Program-made: the position numbers and the translations under genes
The notes under the pieces: model-generated
What the model saw: the letters and a program-made list of their open reading frames with translations, nothing else
Databases searched by the model: none
Told to the model about the DNA's origin: nothing
Part shown: positions 26,504 to 37,081 of the stretch, one piece after another
Numbering within the stretch: position 1 is the first letter of the stretch
How the letters are laid out: each line of letters begins with the position of its first letter
From: Zancudomyces culisetae HAW-14-8
Lineage: Eukaryota > Fungi > Kickxellomycota
Assembly (NCBI GenBank): GCA_052426225.1
Contig: JBNJNM010000012.1
Coordinates: 806,001 to 870,000, forward strand
Length of the DNA stretch: 64,000 nucleotides
Direction: 5' to 3'

Positions 26504-28792
26504 ATGTTTACTTGGGAAGATCATATTCAAGATGTAAGGGAGGGCAAAGATGTGCGATTCAAACCAAAATACACCAGAGACTGTCTAGAAATAAAGGGTT
26601 GTAAAGGCGAAATTCCACCCCCACTCACAGGAAGCTCACTGACTTATTTGGAAGGCAAGGTCTATCTTATTGGAGGAAAAGTACCAGGAAAGAATGAAAT
26701 ATCTGAGGATATCTATATTTATGATGTAGCTAATAATTCGTGGTGTAAATTAAGCAAAAAGGGACAAAATTTGGACGATATGCTTTCTCGGAACCGTTCG
26801 GTAGATTTTTGCGTAGACAAAATGGAAAATGTTGTGGGAGCGGTTTACAAACCACGATTCTTTCACACTACAACTGCGTTTAGACATTATCTGATAGTTT
26901 GTGGAGGATTGGGGTTTGAACAAACTGTAAGCTACGTATATTCCGACGAGGGAGAGGACGAGCTTGATCTTAGTGAAGCCAATTCTATTTTTCAGCCCCG
27001 AATTAAGCAAGCTGGCCTGAATAGAGTTGCTATCAAGGAGAATAAAACGTTGAAAAAGCGGTTTTATAACGAGCTTCTGGCTTTTGATACGGAAAAAATG
27101 ATGTGGATCAACCCAAAAGAGATTGAGTGTGATCCAGATAATGGTACTGGTGTTGGTGCATTAACCTTTGGAAACAAACGAGACAGCCACATATACCCGA
27201 ACCTTGGATTAAAAAGTGTAGCCAGAAGCAAAAAATCAAAGACCAACGACGTGTTACCTTCAGCACGGTATGCACACTTGGCTTCTATGCTCAATGATAG
27301 ACAACTATTAATCATTGGCGGTCAGGGGCTTTCTGACGAATATATACGAGAATATAACGTGTACGATTTCAATGAAAAAGAATGGGTATTTAAAGGGATC
27401 ACTGACCAAGAAGTATTTACATACCGATCAGCACTAGTGAGTTCTCCAGGAGGTGGAGCATTTCTGTTTACTAATTATAATTTTGAGGAAATAAAACACA
27501 GTTTATTCAGCATAGATAGCAAAACTGGATATAAAATCAAAAGCATCCCTCTGCCTGTTAGTAAACAGAGGCCACCTGGGCTCCGGTTTCCCAGCATACA
27601 TATGAGAGACAAAAACACCATAATGCTTTCAGGAACACACATAAATAGTGAAGACAAGGCAATGTTCAGTATCTGGGCATACAACATTCAGGCCAATTCA
27701 TGGTTTGAGTTTTTGTCAGAGTCAGAGTGGCGAGATCATAGCTGGAGCCAAACGGCATTGTCTGAATTGAACCAGAGCTATTTAATATTTGGAAATAGTA
27801 AAAGTAGCTTGAGTGAAGATTACAAAATGCGCAAAAATAGCTATTCGGATGTTATGATGTTGGATATGAGGTCTATTGGTCTTGCACGCGCCAGCAGTGG
27901 TAGGGTGGATATGTTTTTTGGGAAAATATGTTTGCCATTGACTTCCCGAACTATTGAACCTAGCGTTGAAGCAGATTTGGTTCAGGAAGGTATAGAAAAT
28001 AGTATTTCTGCACAGGAGCTAGCACAAGAACTGGGCATGCTTGCACTTTCTACGCAACACTTTAGCGATATGGTGCTGGAGACTGTAGATGGCAAGCTGA
28101 TATCAGTAAACTCCTCTTACTTGAATCTAAGGTGTCCTACTATGTGTAAAAGATGGAATATCGATACTTCGCTTGCCAGAAACTCATCTATGATTAGGAA
28201 ATTTGTACAAAACACAAAAAATAAATCTTCAATTGGGCTAACAACGCATAGTTTGTCAGTATTAAACCTGACTCGAACAAACGCCCAGGGAACCAGTACG
28301 CCACAGGCTAGATATGTTAAAGATATGATCTACCTTCAGGTTCCGGAAAATAGCGACGTGGTAAAAACATTGACTGAATTTACATATACTGGTTCTTTGG
28401 ATATCTCCTCCTTGTATTCTCCCACATTAATCCCTGCCAGCGAACCCAATGATGACACCGTGAACCTCAAGCGTGCTGTTGCAGCTTTGAGTCGGCTGTT
28501 ATTCTTGGGAAAAGAATTTGATTTTCCTGAGCTAACTGCAGCTGTTTCTTTGGCACTGTATAAGTTGGTAAATCTCTCATCAGCGCTACTAATACTGGAC
28601 GCAGTACATCTTTCAAAGCTGCCAGAGGTTGAAATTTATTGTCTAACGGTTTTGAAAGAGTGTGGTGATTACTCTTATTGGAGAAATAGCAGTATCTGGA
28701 ACAGTATTTCGGAATCGACTAGAAGATTTGTCGAAAATAGAATTGTCGAGCCACTGTTTGACAAGCTCAAGTCGAATGTCAAAACAAAATGA
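26504..28792 (+). CDS. Kelch-repeat plus BTB/POZ protein, Mds3/Pmd1/Ral2-like
   Basis: Kelch repeats (GEIPPPLTGSSL..VYLIGG, PRFFHT..LIVCGG, PSARYAH..LLIIGG), PPGLRFP motif, C-terminal BTB (FSDMVLETVDGKLISVN..L; LTEFTYTGSL). Confidence 0.85.
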   Translation: MFTWEDHIQDVREGKDVRFKPKYTRDCLEIKGCKGEIPPPLTGSSLTYLEGKVYLIGGKVPGKNEISEDIYIYDVANNSWCKLSKKGQNLDDMLSRNRSVDFCVDKMENVVGAVYKPRFFHTTTAFRHYLIVCGGLGFEQTVSYVYSDEGEDELDLSEANSIFQPRIKQAGLNRVAIKENKTLKKRFYNELLAFDTEKMMWINPKEIECDPDNGTGVGALTFGNKRDSHIYPNLGLKSVARSKKSKTNDVLPSARYAHLASMLNDRQLLIIGGQGLSDEYIREYNVYDFNEKEWVFKGITDQEVFTYRSALVSSPGGGAFLFTNYNFEEIKHSLFSIDSKTGYKIKSIPLPVSKQRPPGLRFPSIHMRDKNTIMLSGTHINSEDKAMFSIWAYNIQANSWFEFLSESEWRDHSWSQTALSELNQSYLIFGNSKSSLSEDYKMRKNSYSDVMMLDMRSIGLARASSGRVDMFFGKICLPLTSRTIEPSVEADLVQEGIENSISAQELAQELGMLALSTQHFSDMVLETVDGKLISVNSSYLNLRCPTMCKRWNIDTSLARNSSMIRKFVQNTKNKSSIGLTTHSLSVLNLTRTNAQGTSTPQARYVKDMIYLQVPENSDVVKTLTEFTYTGSLDISSLYSPTLIPASEPNDDTVNLKRAVAALSRLLFLGKEFDFPELTAAVSLALYKLVNLSSALLILDAVHLSKLPEVEIYCLTVLKECGDYSYWRNSSIWNSISESTRRFVENRIVEPLFDKLKSNVKTK

Positions 28793-29288
28793 CTTTTGTT
28801 AGCTTGTTCTTTATATCTGCATGTAATATTTCCAATGGTAATTTTAGTTAAATTGATACCAAGACCTAGATTTTCTTATTATCCACATTGTTACTATCCA
28901 AATGTTTAATAAAACCATGATCTTTATTTTCTCACTCAACGAATGCCAGAAGTAGCTTGTCCTTAACACACTCCCTCTCCCTCTCCCTCTCCATTTCTAT
29001 TAACCAAATTATCCCCCTTTTTTTTTGTAAAGCGCCATATATTCGCGCTAAATTGATAAGCCAAAAAACAACAAAAAATTGCGAGACAAATGCGAATTAA
29101 GGGACGGAGTTCTTCCCAGACAGTATATCAAAAATTTAGATAGTTTACTCTTATTGTAAAAGCTTGGTAATGATACCCTTTCCAAACGTGTGTTGGAAAA
29201 AAGCGGAAAAAATTAATAAAGCTCTTGAATGGAGATAAGAATTTAAATCATGAACTATAATAGCATACGGGTTCAGGCACTGGATCTT

Positions 29289-29689
29289 TTATTTTTTCTC
29301 AAAGGGATCGTCAATCTTTCGCCAGCCTGTAACACGGGTCTTGGGAAATTGGTCGAGATAGCGCAAACTCAGCACTCTGCAGTTCTCCTGGTGATTTACA
29401 CCTTCTCTTAAGTAGCATTCTTCCAATTTTTCTCTAAGAATTCTGGTCTCCATTAGTTTTATCCATTGTTCTCGAATAATGTTTGCACGATTATTTAGGA
29501 TTTCTATATTAAACAGTTAAAATGGCCATTAGTTAAAGATTGTTCTCTATTCTAAAGGGAGATTTGGTTGTTTTTCAAAATAATAAAAAAAACAATGGGA
29601 TCAAAGTGAAATTGAATATGTAGGTTACCTTCTCTCTCGGAAATGTTTACCGAGCCTCGAGTTGCAAAAAGCTTTGGTTCGTTTTCCAT
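29289..29689 (-). CDS. NDUFB10: Mitochondrial complex I accessory subunit NDUFB10 (PDSW / 12 kDa); 2 exons
   Basis: Not in the ORF track. Exon 1 MENEPKLFATRGSVNISERE (donor G|GTAACC near 29629) joins exon 2 EILNNRANIIREQWIKLMETRILREKLEECYLREGVNHQENCRVLSLRYLDQFPK..; REQW and CY.REGVNH..C are the family signature. Confidence 0.92.
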
Positions 29690-30655
29690 ATTTGTAACTA
29701 TACACTCTGTTATTAAAGATAATTTATGAGTGATTTTAAAAGTTTTTGAAAGCTTTGTAACAAAAATAATCTCAATAAGCTGTTTACTATTTTCGTAATT
29801 TTTTTTTTCTGGAGGCCCTAATTTGCGATTTCAGCCAGATAGATAAAAAAAATGCTTGAAGGGGGGGCAATGCCCAAAAATTGGTGAACAAACTATTTTG
29901 ATTATTAGTGTTGCGAGTTGGCCAGATATCTTGCTATCAACTCCTAGAGCATTGCGTGCTAGGGAATGGAAAAAAAGGGGGGGGATAACAGAAGAAACAA
30001 GCACAAAATTCTGTCAAAGCGACGCTTAGTGCTATATACCTTTCAAAAAAAAAAGGGAGTCATCCTTCCATTTTTTTGTGAAATATACACCTATGCATTA
30101 ATGTATTTGCACACCAGGCATGTTTTTTGCGCACCAAATATTACTCTATCAAGGCAATAGTATTCATATTATTGCATCAGTACGCTCAGCCTGTATAAAG
30201 CTAGAGCATGTCCTTACGTCCATCCAAAGTACGTTTGTATGTGGAATATTTGTTTTGTATCAGGCTTTTGTTTGTTTTTACCTGTGTTAATTTGGAAAGT
30301 CTTCATAATAAACAATTGCTAAAAAAATAATAAAAATAAAAGCAAAATAAAAAAAATAATAACTGGCGCTTTTGGGGAGTTTTTACCAATTAAAAGAAAA
30401 CAAATATTCTTTTGCTTATATAGGTGATATTGGCCTTCAATTTCAGGACAAATTTAATTACAGTATTTCAAAGCCGCTCCTTATTGTTTAGAATATCTTT
30501 AGTGTAAATATTTGATATAGCGCAAAATCAAAGGCTGAAAATAGCAGAAAAGTAAGGTGTGAAACGAAAGGTAGAAAAGGAAAAGAAACTAGAAGCTATT
30601 TAGGTGCGAACTTATCTTACGAATTCTGTAGTAATCTGGGTTTAAATACGAAACA

Positions 30656-31193
30656 ATGGTAAGCATAAATACGTGTTTCATAACAAATGGCGTGGTGGAT
30701 TTATATCCACGAGTGGACAAACCATATCCTGTAGGATTTTGTCTTTGCATTTAAGATTGTATGCGATATATTAAAAATCGGAATCTGGATACATGGTACA
30801 AAATAATAGTTGTTCTATTCGTTTTTCAAAACCCTAGTCGGTAAAGAGGTGACCATCGATTTAAAGAACGATATGTCGATTGAAGGAACTTTGACTTCGG
30901 TAGATCAATTTCTCAATTTGCGTCTTAACGACATTAAAGTCAAGAACGTTGAAAAATATCCGCATATGGTAAGTAAGATCAAAAAAGTATACAAATGTGC
31001 TAAATCTAACATTGCGTCCTTGTTTTTCTACAAACTGTAGTTATTTGTTAAAAATTGCTTTATAAGAGGCTCAGTGGTTAGATACGTACATATACCACAC
31101 CAAGAGGTAGATACTGCCTTGTTGCAGGATGCTACAAGGAGAGAATCCCAGATGGCCCAACAGGGTCCCAGAGGAGGACGAGGAAGAAAGTAA
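30656..31193 (+). CDS. LSM2: U6 snRNA-associated Sm-like protein LSm2; 3 exons, first coding exon is ATG only
   Basis: ATG|GTAAGC at 30656; exon 30810-30968 LFYSFFKTLVGKEVTIDLKND..GTLTSVDQFLNLRL..KYPHM; exon 31041-31193 LFVKNCFIRGSVVRYV..VDTALLQDATRRE. Confidence 0.95.
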
Positions 31194-31971
31194 ACTTGTA
31201 ACGCTTTTTTTTTCTTTGAAATATAAAGTGCGAAAACAGTGTTGTTGCATAGGAGCAGCAAAATATCTCAAAAACGTCAAAATAACCATACCGTATAATG
31301 TTTATGCAACCATTTCATATCTATACAATTTCTATCCCGTTTTTTTTTTGTTTTATCTTGTTTTGCAGGTACTAGGTGAAACATAACATCTAAACTATGT
31401 TTTATGTTGTTTTTTTTTCTGTAGTGTTACCTCCGATTGTAGAAAGCTAACTATTACAAGTAATAAATTATGCAAAGATATTGTAAAATAAGTATAGCTG
31501 GCCGAATTGTTGTATCTATAAGAAAAAAGAAACATGTACTTTGTATCTTGATTGAGTGAGTGCCTCTCTCCTCTATGTCATTTCTACTGAAAACAGACGA
31601 GATTAGATCTTGTTTGAATGCTCAAGTATTTCAAATTGGCTCAGGAATACGCCTAAACCAAAAAGCACATTTTCGAAAATTCGCCTCAAAAAAAAATTTT
31701 TTTTCTCCTTTTGGTTGGGTAAAATTTTTTTTTCCTGCTACTTTTCGATTTCTCTAGTGTAATTAGAATCGAGATTTTTTTTATTGCTATTATTTATTTT
31801 TTTGGTTTGTTAGTAATACGAAAAATTCTACGAGTGTTTACTCAGATAATTTATTTGGGTAGTTAAGGAAAGGGTGTTGTAAGGCCAAATGATGACAAGA
31901 AAAAGACAATAATTTATATCGAGTAAAAGGATAGTACTAGCAAAAAAAAGAAAGTATAAAGGAAGTGCACA

Positions 31972-34900
31972 ATGAAGAACCTAATTGTCGCCCGGCAACA
32001 ACAATATTTGATAGAGAGCGTCAAGCATGTGGTGCAAAATGGCACGAATGGCTTGAAAAATGTTCTAACAGTTGATATTGAAAACAAGCAAGGGTACACC
32101 ATTGCCAAAGGCGAAGAGAATGGCGAGGAAATTGAATATTTGGTGAGATTTAATGTGGCTGCGGATGGTCGGATCGAAGCTGTGGAGAAGATTGGAGAAA
32201 TGCCAATATCCAGCGCAAAGGAGGAAATAGTGGGGTTCAAGTATCTGATGGAGCAAGAATGTGTATTTGTAGGATACGAAGGGGGAGAGATATTTAGAAT
32301 GGGAACAATCAGAAGGGATACTGAGTTTTTGGGAAAGTTTGAAAAGGGGATCAAGGCGTGTGAATGGAGCCCAGATCAAGAAGTGTTGGTGATAGTGACA
32401 GGAGAGGATAAGATGTTGGTGTTGAATTCAGAATTCGACGTGGATTATGAGGGAGAGAAGCGACTTGTTGGTGGAGGAGAAGAGGGGCAAGAAGGTGGTG
32501 AAGCAGAAGTAGAGGGCGAGGAGGGAGAAAATAGATTTGTTAGTGTTGGATGGGGCAAAAAGGAAACTCAGTTTCATGGTAAAGAAGGTAAAGAAGCGGC
32601 TAAAAGAGAAACAAAAGTATATAGCCGAATATCTGAGAACGACACTGGGAAGCCAAAGATAACATGGAGAGGAGACGGAAGCGTGTTTGCGGTTAGTGTT
32701 TGTGGTAAAGAAGGCAGAAAATTAAGAATATATAGAAGAGAGGGGATATTAGAGTCGATTGGGGAACAAATTGAGTGTTTGGAAGGGGAGGTGGCATGGA
32801 GACCCAACGGGGCAATAATAGCTGCTACCGAGAAACTGGGGCATGTATATAGAGTAATATTTTACGAGAGAAATGGACTCCGACATTATGAGTTTGATTT
32901 GCCAAAACGGGTAAAAAAAGTGAAAGGAATATACTGGAGCAATCAGTCGAACATATTGGCTACAATATGTGAAAGTGTAAAGGGAAATGGAGAGGTACAA
33001 GATGTGATAATGGTATGGGTTAGAGGTAACTACCATTGGTATTTGAAACAGGAATTTGGCGAACAGGAAGTTGGGGGCAAAATCACAAGCTTTCAGTTTG
33101 ATGAGGATAGTCAGGATAACGGCCTGATTCATATGATTGTGGATGATGGAAGAGAAAGAAAATACAGTCAACTAAACATAATACTGCAGGTAAATGGGAC
33201 AAAGGAGTTGGTAGAAAGCAATGTTTCTGCAGTGGCAGTGATTGATGGAAACAAAGCATTGATTACACCGTTCGAGATAGCCAATGTTCCACCACCAAGA
33301 GGGTTATTTACGATAGAATTGCAGTCTCAAGAAAGCATTAGGAGTGTTGATGTTCTTACTAACGAAAACACGAGTGAAATTGGAGTGTTGTTAACTGATG
33401 GTAACGGCAAATATAGAGTTGATGTATACAGTATCTTCAACGAGTGCCATGAGGGAGAAAAGTATCAACAAAGAGCAAAGCTACTGCAACAAAAGCCTCA
33501 ACGTATCTGTAGTCTTGAAATGGGCGAACATGAAGGATTTATTAGACAGCTAACGTTTGCATCTGTTGAAGGGGCTGGGAAAGCCATATACTTGTTGGGA
33601 AATCAGTATGATTCTACACGAAATATAAACAGGAACACATTGACACGAATTACGATCGACGGGGAGAAGACGACAGTTGAGGATATCGAGTCAATAGGTG
33701 CAGTTGAGGAACCGCTAGTTTTACTGCATAGAAGCATAACAAGCAGGAACGAAAGCAAAATGTACTTTTCAACTATTCATACAGATGTGTATCAAATCAA
33801 CTTTGAGTATGATAGGAGTGGAGTTGTTGACAGAATCGTACAGGGAAAGAGAGGCAGCAAAATTAGCAAACTCGAGGTGGTTGAAATGGGAGATGAGGGA
33901 GTGATAGTTTTAGTGTTGGATCATATTGGCAAATTGTACCAGTATATAGGCTATGAGGAAAAAGTAATTGCGAGCAGTTGCACGTCGTTTTTTGTTCATA
34001 GAGAATATTTGCTTGTTACTAGCGCCAACAATGAGATCAACACTATAGCGTTTATTCCAATGTCATTTGCTGGTGTTACAGGTGAAAATGAAATTGGAAG
34101 TCTGGAAAACGCCAATAATATAAATAACACCAATAACACCAATAACATCAACAATGGAACTGATGATAACAAGCCAAGTCATCTTAAAACAGCTGTTACT
34201 AGTAGAAAGATCGAAAAAAACTGCGAAATAATAATGGCTAGCCCAACAAGAAACGCAGTAGTGTTGCAGAACGTCAGTAGAGGAAACTTGGAGACAATCC
34301 GACCACATGTTCTGGTAATCAGCAACATTAAGCAGTATTTGACTAGCCATCAGTTCCGCACAGCATTTGACGAGTGTAAGCGAAATCGTATTGGGTTTGA
34401 AATCTTTACTAGTGATTTGGCGTTGTTTGAGTCGTCAATTAAAGAGATTATTGGCCAGATTGGCTATAGTATCGAAAACCTAAATCTGTTGGTGACCAGC
34501 TTCAACGTAAAAAGTATTGATGACAATACCAGACACCGACTATGTCAGCTGGCTAGAGATGGATTGACGAGCTTCAACAACCACAAATACATCAACCCTA
34601 TCCTTACAACCTTTTTGATTGACCACGTGGACAGTTCCAGCAACATCATCAACGCAATTACATTCCTCAAGAACACTACGACATCAGCCGCTTTTGAGGC
34701 AGACAGGGATGTGATATCAGATTCTATTGATTACATGTTGTACCTCACCAGCTTTGACTCGATATACAAAGCATGTTTGAAAAACTACGACTTGGAAATG
34801 GCATTGTTGGTGGCACAAAAGAGCCAACATGACCCTCGTGAATATTTGAGTTTATTGTCGAAATGGAACAACACTAAAGATCTTGACTACAGACACTTTT

Positions 34901-36132
34901 TGATTGACGATTACCTGGCCGACTATAAATCCGCCACATCGAATCTATCTAAATGGTGTGTTGCTTCTATAGCCAACAGCCAAAGTAATAATGACAATGA
35001 TAACGAGAATACAGTTTGGAAACAACTAACAGACTATCTAGCACTTCACCACTTTTACAAGATTGCTCTATCTCTCTTCAAATCCAACACTAAATACCAC
35101 CCTATTCTCTGCCTCCAATACGCCAACTACTTGTTTGAATCAAAAAAGGATTACTACAACAGTGCCATCTACTACACCGCTGGAAACGACCTACAAAATG
35201 CTATTCTTGCCTACAAGCTCTCCAACTGCTGGTGCGAGGCTCTCATTCTTGCAAAGTCATTCTCCAATCAATCGCAGCTTTCTGAGCTCGCCAAATCTCT
35301 TGCAGCTTCTCTGTACGCCTCAGATAATTCGAAAAAGTCTGAAAACAGTCTCATCTCTGCCAAAATACTCTTTGAATACTGCACATCCGCCGAATTGGAG
35401 CTGGGAATCGACTATCTAATCAAAGGCTTCAACTGGTCTGAGGCCGTCCGTGTCTGCTCCGTCCGCTCTCGCCCCGATCTCATTCACTCGAAAATATATC
35501 CATCGCTGACCGACTCCTACCGTGCACTTGTAGACGACATCACTGAATCCCTGGATCAACTCAAACAAAAATACACAAGACTCTCTGAGCTCCGCAGTCT
35601 ACCTCTTTCTCACTTCATCTCCCTGACATTCCCTCCAAATGCCTTCCAAAATCAAAACGCGTCCGACCCCTTGGCTGTTGATATCGATGATTCCATGTCT
35701 ACTGCTGCTTCCTCTCAGTTCACTACCTACACCAAGTTCACTGCCTCTACAAGCACATCTGCCTTATCCACAATGACTGCCAAACAGAGACGTCGCGAAC
35801 TCAAGAAAAAGGACCGGGGAAGAAAGGGAACCATCTACGAAGAGGCTTATCTTGTTAAAAGCATTGCCTCTCAAATCTCCCAGAAATTTGCTGCCTTTGT
35901 TGCTCGCGATGTAAAACAATTCAACTCTGTCCTGATCCAATTCGGACTGTTGGATCTCGCCTCCACCCTGCAAACCCTTGCAATCGATGTTGTTAACTAC
36001 GCCAACTCCATCCTTGACCAGGTCTTTGACAATCAACGTCAAATTGACGCCTGTCTCACCGAAATTTATCCCAAACCTTCCCCCCTATCAACTGCTTCAT
36101 TTATTATTGACTTTATTTCTTCAGATTGTTGA
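31972..36132 (+). CDS. ELP1: Elongator complex subunit 1 (IKI3), single exon, 1386 aa
   Basis: MKNL start, WSPDQE, VSVGWGKKETQFHG, ITWRGDG, WRPNG, FYERNGLRHYEF, NYHWYLKQE, ANVPPP, RGNLETIRP, VAQKSQHDPREYL, basic tRNA-binding region KQRRRELKKKDRGRKGTIYEEAYL. Confidence 0.97.
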   Translation: MKNLIVARQQQYLIESVKHVVQNGTNGLKNVLTVDIENKQGYTIAKGEENGEEIEYLVRFNVAADGRIEAVEKIGEMPISSAKEEIVGFKYLMEQECVFVGYEGGEIFRMGTIRRDTEFLGKFEKGIKACEWSPDQEVLVIVTGEDKMLVLNSEFDVDYEGEKRLVGGGEEGQEGGEAEVEGEEGENRFVSVGWGKKETQFHGKEGKEAAKRETKVYSRISENDTGKPKITWRGDGSVFAVSVCGKEGRKLRIYRREGILESIGEQIECLEGEVAWRPNGAIIAATEKLGHVYRVIFYERNGLRHYEFDLPKRVKKVKGIYWSNQSNILATICESVKGNGEVQDVIMVWVRGNYHWYLKQEFGEQEVGGKITSFQFDEDSQDNGLIHMIVDDGRERKYSQLNIILQVNGTKELVESNVSAVAVIDGNKALITPFEIANVPPPRGLFTIELQSQESIRSVDVLTNENTSEIGVLLTDGNGKYRVDVYSIFNECHEGEKYQQRAKLLQQKPQRICSLEMGEHEGFIRQLTFASVEGAGKAIYLLGNQYDSTRNINRNTLTRITIDGEKTTVEDIESIGAVEEPLVLLHRSITSRNESKMYFSTIHTDVYQINFEYDRSGVVDRIVQGKRGSKISKLEVVEMGDEGVIVLVLDHIGKLYQYIGYEEKVIASSCTSFFVHREYLLVTSANNEINTIAFIPMSFAGVTGENEIGSLENANNINNTNNTNNINNGTDDNKPSHLKTAVTSRKIEKNCEIIMASPTRNAVVLQNVSRGNLETIRPHVLVISNIKQYLTSHQFRTAFDECKRNRIGFEIFTSDLALFESSIKEIIGQIGYSIENLNLLVTSFNVKSIDDNTRHRLCQLARDGLTSFNNHKYINPILTTFLIDHVDSSSNIINAITFLKNTTTSAAFEADRDVISDSIDYMLYLTSFDSIYKACLKNYDLEMALLVAQKSQHDPREYLSLLSKWNNTKDLDYRHFLIDDYLADYKSATSNLSKWCVASIANSQSNNDNDNENTVWKQLTDYLALHHFYKIALSLFKSNTKYHPILCLQYANYLFESKKDYYNSAIYYTAGNDLQNAILAYKLSNCWCEALILAKSFSNQSQLSELAKSLAASLYASDNSKKSENSLISAKILFEYCTSAELELGIDYLIKGFNWSEAVRVCSVRSRPDLIHSKIYPSLTDSYRALVDDITESLDQLKQKYTRLSELRSLPLSHFISLTFPPNAFQNQNASDPLAVDIDDSMSTAASSQFTTYTKFTASTSTSALSTMTAKQRRRELKKKDRGRKGTIYEEAYLVKSIASQISQKFAAFVARDVKQFNSVLIQFGLLDLASTLQTLAIDVVNYANSILDQVFDNQRQIDACLTEIYPKPSPLSTASFIIDFISSDC

Positions 36133-36638
36133 TTTTATTATTTTGATGCAATGTTGCAGTCTTTTACACTCCTCTATGGCTTGGTTTAGTTTTTTGCTTT
36201 CTTCAATAGCAACCTATTTATAACAATAATAATAACACACATTTATTTTATATTTTTTATATTTTTTATACTCAAATATCAGCCTTTCTTATTTTTTTTG
36301 TCTAGTCAGATATGTTTCTTAATTAATATATACGTATTCCTCAAAGAACTTGCCTTTTTCAGCTCTGAGTACTTTTCTTGATTTTCATCGACTTGCATCA
36401 TGTCAACATCTTCCAATCCATTCTCACCACCATGTGTATCACTACCAATCTTTTCCAACAACTTATTCCTAACCTCTTGATACCTTTGTTTCTCCTGCGC
36501 TAGTATAACTTCAGCCTCTGCCTTTGGCTGTTCAGAAGCTACAACACCTTTTCTTAATAATTCCAGTGTTGCCCTTGTCAACTCTTGAACCAGCTCAGAG
36601 TAAGTCTTATCGCTGTTATTACCTGATATTTCGGACAT
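36121..36638 (-). CDS. Small coiled-coil protein, about 125 aa if spliced (possibly Mediator MED30-like); probable GC-AG intron 36353-36214
   Basis: Exon 1 36638-36354 (MSEISG..YSELVQELTRATLELLRKG..YSELKK); donor AAG|GCAAGT; acceptor AAATAG at 36214; exon 2 36213-36121 VAIEESKKLNQAIEECKRLQHCIKIIKSTI*. Unspliced alternative is the 110-aa ORF 36306-36638. Confidence 0.6.
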
Positions 36639-37081
36639 GTTTTGATCTCCTACCGTTTGAGTTTTTATATCTTCTTTAGCTCAACTATTCTGAACTGAAT
36701 ATACGTCTTTATTTTAATGATATATTCCTAATTTATTTATTTTTGTTTACAATTGAATATTTGCCTAACAGTGCTGTATTAACAATTTATTCCGCCAAAC
36801 TGTACAAATCCAATTTAATCTGAGCGAATAAAAAAAATTTTTTTAGTATGCTCATAAAACTGTATGTGATTTTTGATTATTTAATCATATGTGTTAGAAT
36901 ATTCTCAATTATACTATTTATTAGTGAAGTATGTAATGAGAAAGTACAAATTCCGCCACTATTCTACTACTTTATAAGGTTACCACCACCACTACCACTA
37001 CCACTTTCACTTTCATCTTTTTTTTTCTTTTTCTCTCTTCTCTCATTTTAAATTCCAAGAACTATTTAGCCTTGTTGATTA

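Noticed and set aside
36124-36132. Selenocysteine recoding (ELP1 ends Cys-TGA; some early-diverging fungi use Sec)
   Set aside because: ELP1 is full length and not a known selenoprotein; no gene in the window has an internal in-frame TGA at a redox motif, and I recognised no SECIS.
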